Positions 39,428 to 44,868 of a stretch of DNA of 44,868 nt are shown here, one piece after another. Location of the stretch: NCBI GenBank assembly GCA_001929475.1, contig LXFE01000400.1:1-44868 (forward strand), written 5' to 3'. Origin of the DNA: Neolecta irregularis DAH-3 (Eukaryota). The translations under genes were made by a program, and so were the position numbers. The first letter of the stretch is position 1, and each line of letters opens with the position of its first letter. The notes under the pieces are model-generated. The model did not search any database, was not told where the DNA came from, and worked only from the letters and a program-made list of their open reading frames with translations.

Positions 39428-42400
39428 TCACTTTTTAGACCTTCTCTTGGGTTTCTTGGAAGCTCGTTCTTCCTTCTCTATCAATCCTGCCGCTGTTTCT
39501 CCTGTCTTTCTCTTCATACTAGAATCCTTTTTTTTTACACTAACAACAGTACTTTTGTTTCCGCTCCCAAGAGAGCCCTTGATCTGATTATCGGCGTCGT
39601 CCCAGTTTTCCGAATCGCCATTAATCGCATATCTATCACGTTAACAGATAAAAATAAAGTTGGAATACTTTTCCAGATTTAACGAATTGATCAGTTCTTT
39701 TTGCTTTTCGCGCAGTTCAGTCATGACTTCTTCACCGCCTTGTTCTAAATCCTCTTCAAGCGTTTGAAAAGTGGGATTAAATCCCTTGACCATTTCTTGG
39801 TCGTCGTCATCTCGTACAATGACATCCGTTCCCTTGCGTACCAGCGATTCGCCATTCGATGTCATCGTTTCTTCAATAGCTTTCGACAACAAATCCCGAA
39901 AGTGGTTGGCGGTCTTTTTAATGGCTTTGACGAAAATAGCGAGAACTTGGGTTGATCCAAGATCGAGTTCTTTCACAACATCGTCTATTGATTTTCGTTG
40001 AAGACCAATCGAGAGGAGGATGGAGCTTTGGACACCCGATAATTTAACCGAAGTTGCTAGACGGCCTGAGAAATACAGATTTGCGATTAAAGGAACGAGA
40101 TCAAGAATGACGTGATAGTCAAGCATGTTATTTGCATAAGACTCTAGACGTTTCAAATCGAATGGTGAAAGCATGGCATCAAGTTCGCTTTTAGTCAACG
40201 CTATCAATAAGGTTTGAAATCGTTAGTATGGTGACATACGATTCGGTTCTTGTCTACTTGTAGCCCCAAAATCAGCAGCCTGCATAATACTCAGAGACAA
40301 AACACTAGTGAAATTTCGAAAGCTGAAGGATAAGAGCTGTGAAAACCGCTTATGAAAATCTATTCTTAATTGGAATTCAATGATCAATCGAACCCTTTGA
40401 AAAAGCGCCCAACCAGGCATTTTCACGACCTTCTAGGACTTTTAACATTACGCAAGAATGTTCACCCGTCAAATCATTTGGTGTTTGTCGTAAATAAATC
40501 GGAACGAATTTATTGCGTTTCCAGAATTTATGTAATTGTGCAGTTAAACCATAGGATACACCAAGATATTCAAGATTATCCGGTCTCCGCTCTGAAAGTT
40601 TTAATAACAGAGGAGGCATTGTTTTTGGATCTCTGACTTTGACTGTATCGCTTAATAGAGTGGACTCGTTGATTTCTTGATCTGTTATTCGAGGAATCTC
40701 GAGGTTTGGAAGATTTTCAGATTCAGAAAGATTTGTGAATTTTCCAGTATAGTAATCTTCAAGGAGCTGGATAGCACGCGAACCGTAGCCCATCTTGACA
40801 TAGTCTGGATGCGTAGCGATTCGAACAACGCGGGCACCTGAAAGACCAGCAAACTCTTCATCTTGAAACTAAATGAATCAGAGTTGTGTAGTTTGGGGGT
40901 ATCTAGACCTGTTGCGCAACTAACCAAGGAATCATATCACCTCCAGCTCGATGACCTCGTTGCAGACTATTGAGCACCGTCTGTTTTGATATATCTCCTT
41001 CTAAAGCCAACTGTAAAACACACAGAGGCTCAGGAAGCCTTGTATCATCTTCAGCAATGGGTGGTAACAACACGAACAACATGTGAGCAGGAGCATCGCT
41101 CATCAATTGTAAATCGTTTGGAGAATTCTTGTAGTGACTAGCAACGTACAACGCCATCATTCTCTGCATAAACGCTTCTGAAACAGGATGGAATGAAAAT
41201 AGTGTATCTCTGTTTACGTAAAATAGATTGCACTCGGAAGGATGCGGACATCCTTGTGTAGTGTAGCGAGACGTCAATCCAGAGACTTCAAGGCATAAAA
41301 CCTTATTGAGCCATTTCTCAATTTCATCGCCTTTTGCATATCGAATAGGTTCATCAAGTGTGATTTCTCTCAATGTTCGATTGCCGACTTTGGTAGCTAT
41401 ATGCGACTTTGTTTCTTTTCCAAAGCGATCGACTGTGGATGCACTGGTATCCCGTGATGATTTCCCTATAAATCCTCGTGACTGTTCTCGAAGTTGCTGC
41501 ATGAGTTTAAGACTGAGAGATCTGCCTGTTCCTTCGTATCCATTGATCGTTGATGCCATAAAAACTAAATAAGGACCGATAAGTTTTCTTATGAGGGGTA
41601 ATGGGATAGCAGCGGCTTCGTCGATGATGACGAGTTCAGCTTGGCCGAGGACATGGGCGTCTTGAGGTTGGATGTACTGGATAGTTTGTCGATGATTTCG
41701 AAAGATATTTACTCGAACGATGGCTTTATTGAAAGAGGGATTAATCGATTGAATAATATCGTAATCCAAGTGTTCGTCGTATTTCAATGCATCAAACCCT
41801 TTAAAAATAAACTCGAATAAAGTTTTCAAGTTTTCTGGACTGGGCGAGGTGATGAAGATATTTGAATATCCATGCGCAATTGCAGCAGCGATGGCTAAAC
41901 CTAATGCCGCCGATTTACCACGGCCACGAGCAGCGGTAAGGGAAACGGTACTCCTCAATGTTTTTTCAACAATGGCGTCGACAAAAGTGAGTAGAGCCTT
42001 GGCCTGATCGACCGTTTTTGCAGCGGATACAAGTGACCCGATTGGTTGAGTATCAGCGAGGCTTGACTTCAATTCGTTCAATTCAATTTGTGCTGGTTCA
42101 AGTGCTTTTGAATCTACGATTTGGGGTAATGCCGATACATTTCTTCCTCCTGATATTGGAAGAACGTTGAGTTCATCGTCGACAACTAGACATGCATCGC
42201 AACTTCCCAAGGACAAAATGAATCGTTCGTTAAACCTAGCGACGACATCATCATGAGCTTCAGTCCGGTACCTCGAATGAATATCCTAGATATATAAGCA
42301 CAGGTTTCCTGGATCAATAGTTACCATTGTCATTGTATAGAGCTGTTTCAAACTAGACATCGTTTTAAGTAAAATCACTACAATTCCACCACCTTCAACA

Positions 42401-42944
42401 GTCTCCACGGTCCGAGCGAGTAAATTCGGCGTAAGCGCTTCAAAATCCTGAAGAACACACATGCCAAAAGTATTACTTGACTAGTCAGAAAATATAAAAT
42501 TTCCTTCAACATACCCCAATATTTTCTCACTTTCTTTGTAATAAACATATCGAATATTAGTAACTGATACGAAAAGCTCAAATGGATCCTCTGTATTAGC
42601 TTCACGAATCCCCCGTTTAACTTCCTTCTTAATCTTCTTCTCGCGCTTCTTTCGATGACTGTATCATTACTTTGTATACTGAGATATAAAGAAAGGCGTA
42701 CCTTGTGAAGCCCAATAGATCTTTCTTGTAGCACCACAACACAGAAGGCCGAGCAGCGACCTGCGACTGCGCCAACAACCAATGCAAATTCACAATTTGA
42801 TCTCGTCCTTTATCTCCAACAATCACAAAAAAACTTCTTTTTCGTTCCTTTATCAAGAATTACTATTATAGATAAAGATATACGTACCTGAACTCCATTT
42901 TTTATTAATGCAGGGATACGAGAGTCGAGCGCTTTCTTGGGCAT
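39428..42944 (-). CDS. KRE33: RNA cytidine acetyltransferase Kre33/NAT10
   Basis: MPKKALDSRIPALIKNGV, RSFFVIVGD, LTAARGRGKSAALG, DEAAAIPLP, STINGYEGTGRSL, HYKNSPNDLQL, RIATHPDY..MGYG, DLKRLESYANNMLDYH; basic C-terminal tail. Confidence 0.97.
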
Positions 42945-43161
42945 GGGTAGAGATTAACGAAAAAAAAGTTGGAGAGAAGTCCAAAAAGGGAAGGTGGCTT
43001 CGATTGAACCTGATAGTTTCGGTGCACGAGACGTCGAATCCCATATTTCTGTAATATATGCAATACCAATTAGTTTTCGAACAAAGTAATTTTGTAGATT
43101 ATGAATGCAATATTATTAATTAATCCTGTACGAAGCAATATTACACCTCAATCAAACCAAA

Positions 43162-43571
43162 TCAAGGCTGAACTAGAACTTTTAAAGCATTTTTCAAAGC
43201 ATCCAACGTCGACACTACATTTTTCCTAGTTTGTTCCATTGTTTCCTGAGTGCTTTCAATCCATTCACAATCCTCTCGAACTCTACATGATCAATCCCCC
43301 CAAAAGTAAAACAAACAAAAGAGGCTGCATAAACGGGAGAAATGAATACTTACTTTCCAATCATTTCAAGCGATTCCTTTTCAATTCTACTTTTTGCCCA
43401 TAGTTCAATGTCTATACAGAGTTGTTTGAATTCAGATAGGAGGGCAGTTTCATCTAGACATACTTGGCGCATTGATTCCTGCCATTTGGATTCAAGAGCG
43501 TCCAAGTCGAAGGGAGGTAATGGCTGTAATAAAGGAGTTGCGTCATCTCTATGTTTAGGAGAACTGGACAT
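43162..43571 (-). CDS. Small hypothetical coiled-coil protein (~115 aa, two exons)
   Basis: ORF 43571-43350 ends at a canonical GTAAGT donor; a phase-matched TAG acceptor continues VREDCEWIESTQETMEQTRKNVVSTLDALKNALKVLVQP-stop. No family recognised. Confidence 0.6.
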
Positions 43572-43664
43572 GAGAAAGTCAAGTTGAGGAGGTTAAAGGG
43601 GGTTGTATATCACGTGTATGGAGACGTCAGGTTAGTGTCACGTTTCGTTACGGGTTCAACGACA

Positions 43665-44868
43665 ATGGTGGCCTGCAGTATCTGCACGGTTCCCTTTAGC
43701 AAACCCAGTCCTCGCAAATGCCTCTGTGCGTCCTGCGTGAATGCAATGTATGTGACTTTTTCTTCCAGGTTAACACGGCAAGACTATATGAACCTCGGTA
43801 CCAGGCTGTTTTCCAGACTGTTGAAAAGGAGAATTTGATTAAAGAGGTGATTGAGCATGTCGAGTGTGGGGGTCGAAGGTACTGGGAATTGATATGCGAG
43901 AATAAGCAGAGGGGAGACAAGATTGGGGTGTTACAAGTACAGTCTGCAAAAGTGGAGCGGGAACTCGTTGGGGGTGCAGCATACATGGCTAAAATAATCT
44001 GACAGACTAGTTGGGAGTCGATTGGAGGAGCTTTTGGAAAAGGTATCGTCGCGGCGGGAAAAGATTGCGTCAGCAGCGAAAGAGCTCCAGAGTATTCGGG
44101 GGCGCGAACTGGGGTGGCGAGAGGGTCTGATGCTGGAGAAGCGGCAAATGTGGGACCAGCTGATTGACGAGACCATCAATGAGCGTCAAAGACAGTGTTT
44201 GGAAGCATGCAGTCTGTACCGGTTTCACCAGCGACGGCGGCGGGATGGGATTGAGGAGTGGGTGATTGGGGGGAACGTGTTGCCGCACCTGCAGGATATT
44301 CCGCAGGCGAAGGGTGATTTGTGATTTGCAATTGTGTGTGTGCTGACGAGCAGAGACGGTATTGGCGGCGTACACGCTGGCGGCATGCTTTGTGCAGCAG
44401 GTCGCGTGGTACCTGGGTGTGAAGCTGCCGTACGAGATTATTTTGCCGCGCAAGGATTATCCGTGGGTTGCGGTGAGCAGCCGCGGGGGGAATGCGGCGA
44501 CGCTGGACCTGCAGGGGGAGCAGGCGCTGCGGGTTGTGTGTGTGAGCAGCGAGCAGTTTGTCAAGGCGGTGTGCCGGGTGTCGTACGATGTGGTGTGGCT
44601 GTGTGTCAGCCAGGGGCTGGGCGAGCCTGCGGACGGGTGGGACCTTGGGGGCAATCTGGGGCTGCTGCTGGCGAGCGCGGTGCTGGGGCGCGGCAGCGAC
44701 GGCAGTGCGCATGTGCGGCAGGGCGTGCGCGTGCGCGTGGGGGTGCAGCTGGTCGAGATCGTGGGCGGCGTCAAGCGGCGGCTGGGCTGGCAGGACGCGG
44801 AGGAGAGCGGCAGCATGGAGTGGCAGGTTGTCGTCGGCGGGAGCGCGCGCACCGTCCTGGTCAGCAGC
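43665..44868 (+). CDS. Atg14/Vps38 (UVRAG-like) PI3-kinase complex targeting subunit, 3' end outside window
   Basis: N-terminal CSIC...CASC, LYEPR plus coiled coil, YLGVKLPYEIILPRKDYP, YDVVWLC..QG, LGGNL, GRGSDGSAH; three GT-AG introns; frame open to the window end. Confidence 0.75.

Noticed and set aside
44070-44852. Long minus-strand ORFs at the right end
   Set aside because: By-products of high GC; the + strand carries the recognisable Atg14-like frame.

Overview
Gene-dense fungal nuclear DNA with about 20 genes and many very short spliceosomal introns (mostly 33-45 nt, degenerate donors). The compact layout and intron style suggest an early-diverging ascomycete (Taphrinomycotina, Neolecta-like); this is inference only. 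Gene order: signal-peptide heme peroxidase/dioxygenase-TM-cytochrome P450 fusion, GH18 chitinase, CDC26, TAF2, GPI16, SAS4-like, JEN1-type carboxylate transporter, fumarate reductase-cytochrome b5, SSB Hsp70, TPT-family transporter, NRAMP/SMF, Zn2Cys6 factor, CIA2, SNU114, two tandem ERG10-type thiolases flanking a decayed PPE1 (PP2A methylesterase) pseudogene, KRE33, a small hypothetical gene and a partial ATG14/VPS38-like gene. Most notable: (1) the ~1216-aa dioxygenase-P450 fusion, whose predicted topology puts the two heme domains on opposite membrane faces, unlike the known soluble Ppo/linoleate diol synthases; (2) a probable U2-type AT-AC intron in TAF2 and at least six GC-AG introns; (3) the hidden PPE1 pseudogene; (4) a steep GC/G-skew rise at the right end. 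All exon boundaries were inferred by hand, and family calls rest on remembered motifs, not database searches.
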